From Escherichia coli (lineage in GTDB: Bacteria > Pseudomonadota > Gammaproteobacteria > Enterobacterales > Enterobacteriaceae): a stretch of DNA of 64,000 nucleotides. The position numbers and the translations under genes are program-made. This document shows, one piece after another, positions 40,758-53,858 of the stretch. Under the pieces are notes generated by a model. It was given only the letters and a program-made list of their open reading frames with translations, was not told where the DNA came from and did no database searches. The stretch lies in NCBI RefSeq assembly GCF_044647545.1, contig NZ_CP172818.1; one strand, given 5' to 3'. Numbering within the stretch: position 1 is the stretch's first letter; every line of letters starts with the position of its first letter.

Positions 40758-41012
40758 TTAATGACGCCGATACTCGTTTACCTGGAAATCACCGGATTCA
40801 ATTTTGGCGATTCCTGCTTCTAATATCGAAATAAATTGTCTGGCAACATCAGTGGTTAACCAGAGCGTCTGACCAACTTCAGTCCCTTCCTGCTCGGACT
40901 TATTTGGGGTCTGGTAGTGCAAACGCAACATCAGCGCATCATAGCTATCAACGGTGCTGATGTCCCACCCTACGAGCGGATGAGTCTGAATGACTTCATT
41001 ATTTTTTTCCAT
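40758..41012 (-). CDS. bssS: Biofilm regulator BssS
   Basis: ORF track 40758..41015 (85 aa); MEKNNEVIQTHPLVGWDISTV... gives 84 aa from the second Met. Confidence 0.88.
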   Translation of the reverse strand: MEKNNEVIQTHPLVGWDISTVDSYDALMLRLHYQTPNKSEQEGTEVGQTLWLTTDVARQFISILEAGIAKIESGDFQVNEYRRH

Positions 41013-41301
41013 CATGGCCCCCTAATTCGTGTTACTAGACAACGTTATTCGAGGTTCAATGCGTTTTTATCTGAAGCAACTTCAGTATACCAATAAGTAA
41101 GGGTATTCACCGAATTTTTAAAGGGGGGAACAGATAAATTTCTGCTTTTAAGATTTATATGAACAATAAAACAGCATGTCATTCATATTTTTTTAGCATA
41201 TTGTGCAATTATTTTGAGGAAGTGTAGAAATTTTGTACTCACAATTCGCAAGTAAAATAAAAAAGCCGGGGCGACCCGGCAAAAACAAAAATCACTGCAT
41301 A

Positions 41302-41547
41302 TTATTCGCTGACAAACCAGTCATCGGCGCTTTCCCACGTTTCCTGGAGAATTTCGCTAATGCGCTGTTTATCTTCTTTTGTCGCGCCAATAACCGATAA
41401 ATTATTTGCTGCGGCATAACGTACCGATACGTGGCCTTCATTATCAGGAAACGCATACTGAATACGGCGGGAAAGTTCGCCAGCCAGGGCGTCAATAGCC
41501 CCAGCTGGCAATGGAGAAGTTTTCGCTATGGTGACTTCAATTCGCAT
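41302..41547 (-). CDS. dinI: DNA damage-inducible protein DinI
   Basis: Internal Met of track ORF 41302..41679 gives MRIEVTIAKTSPLPAGAIDALAGELSRRIQ..., 81 aa. Confidence 0.92.
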   Translation of the reverse strand: MRIEVTIAKTSPLPAGAIDALAGELSRRIQYAFPDNEGHVSVRYAAANNLSVIGATKEDKQRISEILQETWESADDWFVSE

Positions 41548-41568
41548 AATAGCCCCCTGTTGAATATA

Positions 41569-41584
41569 CTGGTTATTTATACAG
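41569..41584 (-). promoter_or_regulatory. LexA (SOS) box of dinI
   Basis: Minus strand reads CTGTATAAATAACCAG (CTGT-N8-ACAG palindrome) 22 bp upstream of the dinI start. Confidence 0.85.
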
Positions 41585-41620
41585 GTAAAATAACCTAATG
41601 ACAACAGGAAGCTACGATTT

Positions 41621-42667
41621 TTATTGTTTAACGGACCAGCGTACCGTTTCCCCAGCGAGGAATGGCACCAGGGTGTCATCAGTCAGTGCGATGCTTTCAG
41701 CAACCTGTTGCTCTTCACGTACCAGTTCGATGAATGTGTCGTTGACCGGCAAGCCATAGAACTGCGGGCCGTTTACAGAACAGAATGCTTCAAAGTGCTG
41801 CAAAGCATTCATCTCTTCAAAGACGGTAGCGTAACTGCCCAGCGCGGTTGGGGCGTTGAAGCAGCCCGCGCAGCCGCAGCTGCTCTCTTTGCGATGACGT
41901 GCATGTGGCGCAGAATCCGTTCCGAGGAATACACGATTAAAACCGCTGGCGACCAGTTCACGCAATGCCTGTTGGTGGATATTGCGTTTGAGGATGGGTA
42001 GACAATACAGGTGCGGACGCACGCCACCAACCAGCATATGGTTGCGGTTAAACATCAGATGCTGCGGAGTGATGGTGGCAGCCAGCCGTTCATTTCCGTC
42101 ACGGACATAGTCGGCAGCATCTTTGGTGGTGATGTGCTCAAAAACGACTTTCAGCGCAGTCAGACGCTGGCGTAGCGGTTCCATCACGCTTTCTATAAAG
42201 CGCGCTTCACGATCAAAAATGTCGATATCTGCATGTGTCACTTCACCATGCACCAGTAGCGGCATACCGATTTTTTCCATGCGCTCTAATACCGGCATGA
42301 TTGCGTCAACTGACGTCACGCCGTGACTGGAGTTAGTGGTTGCGTTTGCCGGGTAAAGTTTTGCAGCGGTGAACACGCCTTCGTTAAATCCGCGCTCCAG
42401 CTCATTCGGATCCAGCGAATCTGTTAAATAACAGGTCATCAATGGGGTGAAATCGTGCCCGGCAGGTACGGCGTCAAGAATACGCTGGCGATACGCCACG
42501 GCAGCCTCAACGGTGGTCACGGGCGGAGCCAGATTGGGCATTACGATAGCCCGTCCATAAATTTCGCTGGTATACGGCACGACAGTTTTTAACATGTCGC
42601 CATCGCGGAGGTGAAGGTGCCAGTCGTCTGGGCGGCGGATCTTTAATACCTGGGATGGTGCAGTCAT
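41621..42667 (-). CDS. pyrC: Dihydroorotase PyrC
   Basis: ORF 348 aa, [27 protein letters not shown]...; recognised as PyrC. Confidence 0.95.
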   Translation of the reverse strand: MTAPSQVLKIRRPDDWHLHLRDGDMLKTVVPYTSEIYGRAIVMPNLAPPVTTVEAAVAYRQRILDAVPAGHDFTPLMTCYLTDSLDPNELERGFNEGVFTAAKLYPANATTNSSHGVTSVDAIMPVLERMEKIGMPLLVHGEVTHADIDIFDREARFIESVMEPLRQRLTALKVVFEHITTKDAADYVRDGNERLAATITPQHLMFNRNHMLVGGVRPHLYCLPILKRNIHQQALRELVASGFNRVFLGTDSAPHARHRKESSCGCAGCFNAPTALGSYATVFEEMNALQHFEAFCSVNGPQFYGLPVNDTFIELVREEQQVAESIALTDDTLVPFLAGETVRWSVKQ

Positions 42668-42718
42668 TAATCTCTATGCTCCGGCTGAAGGGATGTTTTT
42701 GCCGGACACAAAGGATAA

Positions 42719-42734
42719 GCGGAAACGTTTTCCT
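42719..42734 (-). promoter_or_regulatory. PurR operator upstream of pyrC
   Basis: Minus strand reads AGGAAAACGTTTCCGC, matching the palindromic PurR box core (GCAAACGTTTGC-like). Confidence 0.7.
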
Positions 42735-42737
42735 TTG

Positions 42738-42766
42738 CACGAAAAATAAAGGGCGCGAATGCGCCC
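42738..42766 (-). terminator. Probable terminator after dolP/yceB
   Basis: gggcgcgaatgcgccc hairpin followed by a T-run on the minus strand. Confidence 0.55.
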
Positions 42767-42772
42767 TCGTGA

Positions 42773-43333
42773 TTAATCCGTAAACGGAATGACAATTTCG
42801 CCTGGCTTCACTTCAATGCCTTTCGCCAGTTTCTTCGCCATTGCTTCGCCCTGGCTGCCATCTTCGCGCAGGACGTAAGCAGGTTGCTGGTTAAAGTAAT
42901 TGCGTAATGCCTGGTTCAAATAGGGGAGCAACGTTTGCATCACCGTTTGCATTTTTTCCGGTTGTACCGTCGCATCGACCACTTCCATCTCTTTCAGGAA
43001 GATCGCACCTTTTTCTTTATCAAACACGGGCAGCGCTTTCAGCTTCAGTTTCATGGTCGCTTTCTGGCTACCGAACAGGGAGTTCATGTCCAGATTGGCG
43101 TCTCCGGTTAGGGTAACCTTATTCGGCTCTTCGCGACCAATTTGGCTGGTCAGGTTTGTCAGAACAATATGGGCGTCAGCCACGCCGGGTAAACCGATAT
43201 CTTTTGAGAAATTATTATGTTTCGCAAGCGACTGGTTAATTTCTTGTTCGGTGATGGTGTATTGGGTGAGTTGATTACAGCCAACGAGCAGGCCACTGAC
43301 GATCAATGCAGCGGCAAATAAAAACTTGTTCAT
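42773..43333 (-). CDS. dolP: Outer-membrane lipoprotein DolP/YceB (BON domains)
   Basis: Track ORF 42773..43534; the MNKFLFAAALIVSGLLVGCNQ start (lipobox LVGC) gives 186 aa. Confidence 0.9.
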   Translation of the reverse strand: MNKFLFAAALIVSGLLVGCNQLTQYTITEQEINQSLAKHNNFSKDIGLPGVADAHIVLTNLTSQIGREEPNKVTLTGDANLDMNSLFGSQKATMKLKLKALPVFDKEKGAIFLKEMEVVDATVQPEKMQTVMQTLLPYLNQALRNYFNQQPAYVLREDGSQGEAMAKKLAKGIEVKPGEIVIPFTD

Positions 43334-43466
43334 GGTAGTCCTCGACATGAAATCTGCGTCAATATCCTGACACAACGCAGCATGTGTCACCAGCGATAAA
43401 CGCGCCAGCAGAAAAAACTGAAAACGGCGGCAACCCGCGAATACAGGCTGCCGCGGCGGGTCAGGA

Positions 43467-44114
43467 TTAAATCGCCATTGATGATAACAAATTGATTTGT
43501 GTCTGTTTCGCCATATTATCGCGGTAATCAGCAACGCGGCTTGGCCAGTTAATTCCGGCTACCAGCGTCAGATTACGCAGGAGCGGAAATAGCTGAATAT
43601 CATCTTCCGAAAGTTCGCCATTCACGGCGTTCGGTTTGACGATCAGTTTGTCCAGCGCACGTAAATCATCGCTGATATTCTTAATCAGACCGTCAGAGTG
43701 GGCCAGCAGGTCGGCAAAATTACCCGCGCTGGCCTCTTTCTTGTCGACGAAATATTTGCGCGCGGCAGGAGTAGAAAACTCATCAAATGCCGATTTGGCA
43801 AAACGCGGCAACAGCAGTTTGTTGGCGTAGCCATTGACCTTGCGCAGCCATTCTTCAATGGCAGGGGAACGTTTGCCGGTCAGTAACGGTTTGCCGTCGA
43901 GTTTATCGACATAGTGAACGATGTCCATGCTTTCTGGCATATAGCGGCTGTCATCTTTTTGCAGAATGGGAACCTGTTTTTGACCGACCATCCGGGTGGG
44001 TGTTTCTGCGTCGTCGTTGAGTAGAACATGTAATTCGACGGGGATATTTTTCAGGCCGAAAATCATGCGGGCTTTGAGGCAGTAAGGGCAGTGATCGTAA
44101 ATGAATAGCTTCAC
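43467..44114 (-). CDS. grxB: Glutaredoxin 2
   Basis: ORF 215 aa; CPYC active site in MKLFIYDHCPYCLKARMIFGL. Confidence 0.94.
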   Translation of the reverse strand: MKLFIYDHCPYCLKARMIFGLKNIPVELHVLLNDDAETPTRMVGQKQVPILQKDDSRYMPESMDIVHYVDKLDGKPLLTGKRSPAIEEWLRKVNGYANKLLLPRFAKSAFDEFSTPAARKYFVDKKEASAGNFADLLAHSDGLIKNISDDLRALDKLIVKPNAVNGELSEDDIQLFPLLRNLTLVAGINWPSRVADYRDNMAKQTQINLLSSMAI

Positions 44115-44177
44115 GTGACTCCTCCATTTGGCTGTCAGTTCACTTTCAGTATGGAGGAGTCAGGGGGGAGTATCAAA

Positions 44178-45386
44178 TCAGGCGTCGCGTTCAAGCAAAC
44201 GACGCGCGGTGCGTTTCTGGCTAAACTGCCAACCCACCGCAAGGAAAGTGAAGATGCCAATAATGCCCAGCATCATCCACGGAAGCTCTGGCTGGTGCGC
44301 CGATTTGCCCAGGTCAAACAGCCAGCCGCCACCGATATAACCAATAGCGCCGCCAATCGCCAGACCCAGACGGCTAAACCCCATATAGCTGCCGCGAGCT
44401 CTTGCGTCTGCCAGCGAAGCACTTAAGGTTTCACGCGCAGGCTCGGCAATGATCGACCCGATATAAAACAGACAAATCAGGGTGAAAAGTTGTTGCAGGC
44501 CACTGACCATGCCCACCGGCATCATGCTTAATGACATTATCAACAGCCCAGCCATCAACCGGTGTTCCAGACGAAAATGCTTTTCACTCCAGCGGGCGAT
44601 AGGGTAGAGCAACGTTAACGACAGACACGCTTCAATGGCATACATCCATTTAACGGCAGAGGGCGCGCCCGCCACGTCGTTGACCATAATTGGCAGCATC
44701 AGCATCACTTGTACAGCCAGCATGTAGTAACCCGCCAGCGTCAGGACATAGGTGACAAAACGCTTGTCGCGCATCACGCGGGTCATGCCTTCGCGAACGG
44801 GCGTGCGTACGGTGGAGAGTTTCCATGCCGGTAACAACCACGCATTGAACGCTGCACACAGCACAAACAAAACTGCCCCTGTGGCGCAGACCAGGCGAAA
44901 GTCGTATTGCAACAGCCAGCTCCCCAACAATGCGCCAATGACCGCACCGGCACTGTCCTGCATCATCAACAGCGAGAAAAAACGACCACGCTGCTGTGGA
45001 CGGATTAATTTCACCACCAGCGCCGAACGCGGAGGATCAAACAACGTGCCGCCGAGTCCCGAAAGCAGGCATGAAAACCACAGTAGCCACGGTTCGTGGG
45101 CGATACCCATTGTGGCGAATCCGGCGGCACGCATCAGCATACCGGTGACAATCATCGGTTTGGCGCCAAAGCGGTCAGCAATTGCGCCGCCGAAAATACC
45201 CAGACCTTGCTGAATAAACTGGCGTAGGCCGAGGGCAATACCGACCATGACGGCGGCCCAGCCCATTTGATCAACGAAGCGGATAGAGATCAGCGGGAAG
45301 ACAACAAAGAACCCCAGCACGACCAGCATATTATCGATGAGCAGGAAATATTTACCCAGGTTCCTCGCCTGCGACACGCGGGACAT
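44178..45386 (-). CDS. mdtH: MFS multidrug resistance transporter MdtH
   Basis: Track ORF 44178..45416; the [23 protein letters not shown] start gives 402 aa. Confidence 0.92.
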   Translation of the reverse strand: MSRVSQARNLGKYFLLIDNMLVVLGFFVVFPLISIRFVDQMGWAAVMVGIALGLRQFIQQGLGIFGGAIADRFGAKPMIVTGMLMRAAGFATMGIAHEPWLLWFSCLLSGLGGTLFDPPRSALVVKLIRPQQRGRFFSLLMMQDSAGAVIGALLGSWLLQYDFRLVCATGAVLFVLCAAFNAWLLPAWKLSTVRTPVREGMTRVMRDKRFVTYVLTLAGYYMLAVQVMLMLPIMVNDVAGAPSAVKWMYAIEACLSLTLLYPIARWSEKHFRLEHRLMAGLLIMSLSMMPVGMVSGLQQLFTLICLFYIGSIIAEPARETLSASLADARARGSYMGFSRLGLAIGGAIGYIGGGWLFDLGKSAHQPELPWMMLGIIGIFTFLAVGWQFSQKRTARRLLERDA

Positions 45387-45621
45387 TTCCCCTCCCGGGA
45401 AATAAAAGATGAGCACTTTCTATTCTGCATTGCCGCTAAGACTTTTCCCATCACTTCGGGGACAATATTTTTTTATCAAAACGTCGCTTTGATAGAGAGT
45501 TTTTATCAAATATGTGAATAATGCAGAAAATGGCATTCTGGACTTTTCACAGGGTCTGGTTGCGCAGGTATAGTAATACTTACAGCGTATTAAAGACGTT
45601 ACGGGAAGGAGTAGGTATAGA

Positions 45622-46864
<1,243 letters not shown>

Positions 46865-46865
46865 A

Positions 46866-47789
46866 GTGAAAAAATTACGTATCGGCGTAGTGGGGTTAGG
46901 CGGCATCGCGCAAAAAGCGTGGTTACCGGTGCTGGCGGCAGCGTCTGACTGGACGTTACAAGGTGCGTGGTCGCCTACGCGCGCCAAAGCCCTGCCAATT
47001 TGTGACAGCTGGCGCATTCCTTATGCTGATTCGTTATCCAGCCTTGCCGCCAGTTGCGATGCGGTTTTTGTGCATTCCAGCACCGCCAGCCACTTTGACG
47101 TGGTCAGTACGTTACTCAATGCGGGGGTACATGTCTGTGTCGATAAACCGCTGGCAGAAAATCTGCGCGATGCTGAACGGCTGGTGGAACTGGCGGCGCG
47201 GAAAAAATTGACGTTGATGGTCGGTTTTAACCGTCGTTTCGCACCACTCTACGGTGAGTTAAAAACGCAACTCGCCACCGCAGCCTCGCTAAGAATGGAT
47301 AAACATCGTAGCAATAGCGTCGGGCCACACGATCTTTATTTCACGTTGCTGGATGATTATCTGCATGTGGTGGATACCGCGCTGTGGTTGTCGGGCGGTA
47401 AAGCCTCTCTGGATGGCGGTACGCTACTGACTAATGACGCTGGCGAAATGCTGTTTGCCGAGCACCATTTTTCGGCCGGTCCTTTGCAGATCACCACCTG
47501 TATGCATCGCCGTGCCGGAAGTCAGCGTGAAACCGTGCAGGCCGTGACTGACGGTGCGCTCATCGACATTACGGATATGCGCGAATGGCGTGAGGAGCGC
47601 GGGCAGGGCGTAGTGCATAAACCGATTCCTGGTTGGCAGAGTACGCTTGAGCAACGTGGATTTGTCGGCTGTGCGCGGCACTTCATTGAATGCGTGCAAA
47701 ATCAGACAGTTCCGCAAACCGCCGGCGAACAGGCAGTGCTGGCGCAACGTATCGTTGACAAGATCTGGCGCGATGCGATGAGTGAATAA
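46866..47789 (+). CDS. yceM: Gfo/Idh/MocA-family oxidoreductase YceM/MviM
   Basis: Track ORF 46833..47789; likely GTG start at 46866 (VKKLRIGVVGLGGIAQKAW, Rossmann fold) gives 307 aa. Confidence 0.88.
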   Translation: MKKLRIGVVGLGGIAQKAWLPVLAAASDWTLQGAWSPTRAKALPICDSWRIPYADSLSSLAASCDAVFVHSSTASHFDVVSTLLNAGVHVCVDKPLAENLRDAERLVELAARKKLTLMVGFNRRFAPLYGELKTQLATAASLRMDKHRSNSVGPHDLYFTLLDDYLHVVDTALWLSGGKASLDGGTLLTNDAGEMLFAEHHFSAGPLQITTCMHRRAGSQRETVQAVTDGALIDITDMREWREERGQGVVHKPIPGWQSTLEQRGFVGCARHFIECVQNQTVPQTAGEQAVLAQRIVDKIWRDAMSE

Positions 47790-47811
47790 ACCCTGTAACA
47801 TCTGGCGGTAG

Positions 47812-49434
<1,623 letters not shown>

Positions 49435-49440
49435 CAATGC

Positions 49441-49467
49441 ATTCCGGCCTGCAGTGCAGGCCGGAGA
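49441..49467. terminator. Bidirectional hairpin terminator between convergent murJ and flgN
   Basis: ccggcctgcagtgcaggccgg: perfect inverted repeat. Confidence 0.6.
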
Positions 49468-49473
49468 TAATCT

Positions 49474-49890
49474 TCAGATCGAAATCTTTTTACTGCCGCG
49501 ATGGGTTGTTGAGGTCTGACCGTTCGCTCCATATAGCGTCGGTTCCTGATGCGGTTTCAACATTTCCAGCGCCTGTTGATTGCGCTCAATCTGTCCTTCC
49601 AGTAACCAGCCGTTATGTTGATTCATTTGGCGTAGTTGCTGCGTTTTCACAGTAATTTCCTGCCAGCGTTGACTAATATCAACGCTATTTGCTGAATTGG
49701 GTTCTTTCCTGCGTAACTGTTCGAGGTAATCCAGCGTCGCCAGCAGTGAGCTTTTTTGTTCTGTAATCCATTGCAACTGGCTGCCGTTGATCTGCCCCAT
49801 AGAGAGATGTTGCTGTTCTTGATCCATTACCGTTTTGAGATCGTTAAGCACAGCGGACATCTGGTCGAGGATCTCTGCAAGACGCGTCAT
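49474..49890 (-). CDS. flgN: Flagellar export chaperone FlgN
   Basis: ORF 138 aa; recognised as FlgN. Confidence 0.93.
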   Translation of the reverse strand: MTRLAEILDQMSAVLNDLKTVMDQEQQHLSMGQINGSQLQWITEQKSSLLATLDYLEQLRRKEPNSANSVDISQRWQEITVKTQQLRQMNQHNGWLLEGQIERNQQALEMLKPHQEPTLYGANGQTSTTHRGSKKISI

Positions 49891-49894
49891 ACGA

Positions 49895-50188
49895 TCAGTT
49901 ACTCTGCAAGTCTTGCTGCGCTTCGTTGATCAGCGCATCGGCAATTTTGCCGGTGTCCATTTTTAGTTCACCGTTACGAATCGCCAGTTTTAACGCTTCG
50001 ACACGTTCAAGATTGATATCACTGCTGCCGGGTTGCATCAGTTTTGCTTGCGCGTCGCTTAACGTCACACTAGTGCTGGTGGAGGCGGTTGTTTTTGCCG
50101 CCCGGGTGTTCGTTACCGGCGCGTCAGTGGTTTCGCGCGGTTGAACGGTGCTTACGGGCTTCAGAGGCGAAGTGCGATCAATACTCAT
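49895..50188 (-). CDS. flgM: Anti-sigma-28 factor FlgM
   Basis: ORF 97 aa, [22 protein letters not shown]...; recognised as FlgM. Confidence 0.94.
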   Translation of the reverse strand: MSIDRTSPLKPVSTVQPRETTDAPVTNTRAAKTTASTSTSVTLSDAQAKLMQPGSSDINLERVEALKLAIRNGELKMDTGKIADALINEAQQDLQSN

Positions 50189-50230
50189 GGTTTATTCCTC
50201 ATTGAGGGCGCTTTTATCATGTGTTGCTTA

Positions 50231-50258
50231 TTTATCGGCAAGGGATGGGTAATCTTTA
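50231..50258 (-). promoter_or_regulatory. Sigma-28 (FliA) class 3 promoter of flgMN
   Basis: Minus strand reads TAAAGATT-N11-GCCGATAA, near-perfect match to the sigma-28 consensus, ~45 bp upstream of the flgM start. Confidence 0.85.
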
Positions 50259-50263
50259 ACAGC

Positions 50264-50923
50264 TTACAGGTTTATAAGAATATTCCCATCTGCATCAACA
50301 ACGCCGCTGACCACCTGTCCCGATACCATGCGCACCCGCGCATTCTGTGCGACGGCAGCATTGTTCAGCGCCTGACCTTCTGCGTTGGCGCTAAACCCAT
50401 CACCGCTGGCGATCACGTTGACGCGTTGTCCCGCTTTTACCCGCCATGCCTGGCGAAACTGGGTTAACTGGATAGGTTGATCGGGTGATAGATCGCGCAG
50501 GCTAACGGCATCAACAAGTTGATTGATATCCAGTACCGTACGCGGTGGCAAGGTGTCCAGCCGTCCGCGTTTCAGTTTGACATTGCCAGCTTCCAGCTTT
50601 CCTCCCCGCACAATGGGCATTGCGGCAACCACATAATTTCCTGTGGCCTGCACATTAACCTGTAAATATCGTTTGTCGTTACCGCAGCGTGCCAACACAT
50701 TCACATTGCCCCACAGGCGGGAATTATTGCTCATCGAAAGCAATGGCTGCTCGCACGGCGGCAGTAGACTGGGCGCTGTACGAATAGAAACACGAACCTC
50801 ATCACTTACCCCCGCGAGCTGGGCGCTAAAAAAGGTGTGCAATTGCGATGTGAGATTGCTCGCCGTACTTAACGGACTGAACAGTATCGCGATGATCGTC
50901 ACGCTACGTTTTATTGTCAGCAT
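50264..50923 (-). CDS. flgA: Flagellar P-ring assembly chaperone FlgA
   Basis: ORF 219 aa with signal peptide. Confidence 0.93.
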   Translation of the reverse strand: MLTIKRSVTIIAILFSPLSTASNLTSQLHTFFSAQLAGVSDEVRVSIRTAPSLLPPCEQPLLSMSNNSRLWGNVNVLARCGNDKRYLQVNVQATGNYVVAAMPIVRGGKLEAGNVKLKRGRLDTLPPRTVLDINQLVDAVSLRDLSPDQPIQLTQFRQAWRVKAGQRVNVIASGDGFSANAEGQALNNAAVAQNARVRMVSGQVVSGVVDADGNILINL

Positions 50924-51077
50924 TTTCGCCCCCAGCCATTTCTACAACGTGAATTGTACCTGTCCGCAATGACCATCAACGGCATAAATAGCGACCCATT
51001 TTGCGTTTATTCCGCCGATAACGCGCGCGTAAAGGCATTTAAGCTGATGGCAGAATTTTGATACCTGCGGAGGAGAT
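50924..51077. promoter_or_regulatory. flgA/flgB divergent class 2 promoter region (expected FlhDC target)
   Basis: Divergent intergenic region between flgAMN and flgBCDEFGHIJ; FlhDC sites are inferred from known regulation, not individually resolved. Confidence 0.6.
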
Positions 51078-51494
51078 ATGCTCGATAAGCTCGACGCCGC
51101 CTTACGTTTTCAACAAGAGGCGCTCAATCTGCGCGCCCAGCGTCAGGAAGTGCTGGCAGCAAACATCGCCAATGCCGATACCCCTGGTTATCAGGCTCGC
51201 GATATCGATTTTGCCAGTGAACTTAAAAAAGTCATGCAACGTGGACGGGATGCAACCAGTGTGGTTGCTCTGACGATGACCTCAACGCAACACATTCCGG
51301 CGCAGGCGCTGACGCCTCCTACCGCAGAACTGCAATACCGTATTCCGGACCAGCCTTCGCTTGACGGTAATACCGTCGATATGGATCGCGAACGCACCCA
51401 GTTTGCCGATAACAGCCTGCAATACCAGATGAGCCTTAGCGCGTTGAGCGGGCAAATCAAAGGCATGATGAACGTTTTACAGAGCGGAAATTAA
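51078..51494 (+). CDS. flgB: Flagellar basal-body rod protein FlgB
   Basis: ORF 138 aa. Confidence 0.95.
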
Positions 51495-51497
51495 CGG

Positions 51498-51902
51498 ATG
51501 GCACTGCTGAATATTTTTGATATCGCCGGTTCGGCGTTAACTGCCCAGTCCCAGCGCCTGAACGTGGCGGCCAGTAATCTGGCGAATGCTGATAGCTTGA
51601 CCGGTCCCGATGGACAGCCATATCGGGCAAAACAGGTGGTATTTCAGGTTAACGCTGCGCCAGGTGCTGCGACAGGCGGCGTAAAGGTGGCCGATGTTAT
51701 AGAAAGTCAGGCCCCGGACAAACTGGTTTATGAACCGGGTAATCCGCTGGCGGATGCAAAGGGCTACGTGAAAATGCCAAACGTTGATGTCGTCGGAGAG
51801 ATGGTTAACACCATGTCGGCGTCACGCAGCTATCAGGCCAATGTTGAAGTGCTCAACACGGTGAAAAGCATGATGCTGAAAACCCTTACGCTCGGTCAAT
51901 AA
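51498..51902 (+). CDS. flgC: Flagellar basal-body rod protein FlgC
   Basis: ORF 134 aa. Confidence 0.95.
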   Translation: MALLNIFDIAGSALTAQSQRLNVAASNLANADSLTGPDGQPYRAKQVVFQVNAAPGAATGGVKVADVIESQAPDKLVYEPGNPLADAKGYVKMPNVDVVGEMVNTMSASRSYQANVEVLNTVKSMMLKTLTLGQ

Positions 51903-51913
51903 AGGAGAAAGCT

Positions 51914-52609
51914 ATGTCCATTGCGGTAACCACCACCGATCCGACAAATACCGGCGTAAGCACCACCAGTAGTAGTTCGCTCACGGGCAGCAACGCCGCA
52001 GATTTACAAAGCAGTTTTCTGACTTTGTTGGTGGCGCAGCTGAAAAACCAGGACCCGACCAATCCAATGGAAAACAACGAGCTGACGTCGCAATTGGCTC
52101 AAATCAGCACGGTAAGCGGGATTGAAAAACTCAATACCATGCTCGGATCTATTTCCGGACAGATTGATAACAGCCAGTCGTTACAGGCCAGTAACCTGAT
52201 CGGTCACGGCGTGATGATCCCCGGTACCACAGTTCTTGCGGGAACCGGCAGTGATGAAGGGGCTGTGACCACGACCACGCCGTTTGGTGTTGAGCTGCAA
52301 CAGGCGGCAGACAAAGTGACGGCCACCATCACCGATAAAAACGGTGCAGTTGTCCGTACCATTGATATCGGTGAACTGACTGCCGGAGTCCACAGTTTCA
52401 CCTGGGACGGTACGTTGACTGACGGCAGCACTGCGCCGAACGGTTCTTACAATGTAGCGATTAGCGCCAGTAGCGGTGGTACACAACTGGTTGCCCAGCC
52501 GCTGCAGTTTGCTCTGGTGCAGGGTGTGATCCGCGGCAACAACGGTAATACGCTGGATCTCGGCACTTACGGCACCACCACCCTCGACGAAGTACGGCAG
52601 ATAATTTAA
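51914..52609 (+). CDS. flgD: Flagellar hook capping/scaffold protein FlgD
   Basis: ORF 231 aa. Confidence 0.95.
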   Translation: MSIAVTTTDPTNTGVSTTSSSSLTGSNAADLQSSFLTLLVAQLKNQDPTNPMENNELTSQLAQISTVSGIEKLNTMLGSISGQIDNSQSLQASNLIGHGVMIPGTTVLAGTGSDEGAVTTTTPFGVELQQAADKVTATITDKNGAVVRTIDIGELTAGVHSFTWDGTLTDGSTAPNGSYNVAISASSGGTQLVAQPLQFALVQGVIRGNNGNTLDLGTYGTTTLDEVRQII

Positions 52610-52633
52610 GCCTTCACATTTCAGGAGTCAGTC

Positions 52634-53839
52634 ATGGCCTTTTCTCAAGCGGTTAGCGGATTAAACGCTGCCGCCACCAACCTCGATGTTATTGGCAACA
52701 ATATCGCCAACTCCGCCACCTACGGCTTTAAATCAGGCACGGCCTCTTTTGCCGATATGTTTGCCGGTTCGAAAGTGGGACTGGGGGTAAAAGTTGCCGG
52801 TATCACTCAGGACTTTACCGATGGCACGACCACCAACACCGGGCGAGGTCTGGACGTTGCTATCAGCCAGAACGGTTTTTTCCGTCTGGTAGACAGCAAC
52901 GGTTCGGTGTTCTACAGCCGTAACGGACAATTTAAGCTGGATGAAAACCGTAACCTGGTGAATATGCAAGGTTTACAGCTGACGGGTTACCCGGCAACCG
53001 GTACGCCGCCGACTATTCAGCAAGGGGCGAATCCGACCAATATTTCGATTCCGAATACCCTGATGGCAGCGAAAACTACTACCACGGCGTCGATGCAGAT
53101 CAACCTGAATTCCAGTGATCCGCTTCCCTCTGTTAAAGCATTCGATGCCAGCAATGCGGATAGCTATAACAAAAAAGGTTCGGTGACTGTTTTCGATAGT
53201 CAGGGTAATGCTCATGATATGAGCGTTTATTTTGTGAAGACCGGGGATAACAACTGGGATGTTTACACCCTGGATAGCAGTGATCCAACAGGCACAGCTA
53301 ACCCTGCAACGACGCTGGTGTTTAATGCCAATGGCGTTCTGACCTCAGGTCCAACAAAGGATATTACCACCGGCGCAATTAACGGCGCAGATCCCGCCAC
53401 GTTTAGCCTGAGCTTCCTCAATTCTATGCAGCAAAATACCGGCGCTAACAACATCGTGGCAACCACCCAGAATGGCTACAAACCGGGTGATCTGGTGAGT
53501 TATCAAATCAATGATGACGGTACGGTTGTCGGCAACTATTCCAACGAACAAACCCAACTGCTGGGGCAGATTGTACTGGCGAACTTTGCCAACAACGAAG
53601 GTCTGGCATCTGAAGGTGACAACGTCTGGTCTGCGACGCAATCTTCTGGCGTGGCGCTGTTGGGGACTGCCGGGACGGGCAACTTTGGTACGCTGACCAA
53701 CGGTGCGCTGGAAGCGTCCAACGTCGATCTCAGTAAAGAACTGGTCAATATGATCGTTGCCCAGCGTAACTATCAGTCTAACGCCCAGACCATCAAAACC
53801 CAGGACCAGATCCTCAACACGCTGGTTAACTTACGCTAA
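52634..53839 (+). CDS. flgE: Flagellar hook protein FlgE
   Basis: ORF 401 aa. Confidence 0.95.
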   Translation: MAFSQAVSGLNAAATNLDVIGNNIANSATYGFKSGTASFADMFAGSKVGLGVKVAGITQDFTDGTTTNTGRGLDVAISQNGFFRLVDSNGSVFYSRNGQFKLDENRNLVNMQGLQLTGYPATGTPPTIQQGANPTNISIPNTLMAAKTTTTASMQINLNSSDPLPSVKAFDASNADSYNKKGSVTVFDSQGNAHDMSVYFVKTGDNNWDVYTLDSSDPTGTANPATTLVFNANGVLTSGPTKDITTGAINGADPATFSLSFLNSMQQNTGANNIVATTQNGYKPGDLVSYQINDDGTVVGNYSNEQTQLLGQIVLANFANNEGLASEGDNVWSATQSSGVALLGTAGTGNFGTLTNGALEASNVDLSKELVNMIVAQRNYQSNAQTIKTQDQILNTLVNLR

Positions 53840-53858
53840 TCGCTGACGGGATAGCTCA

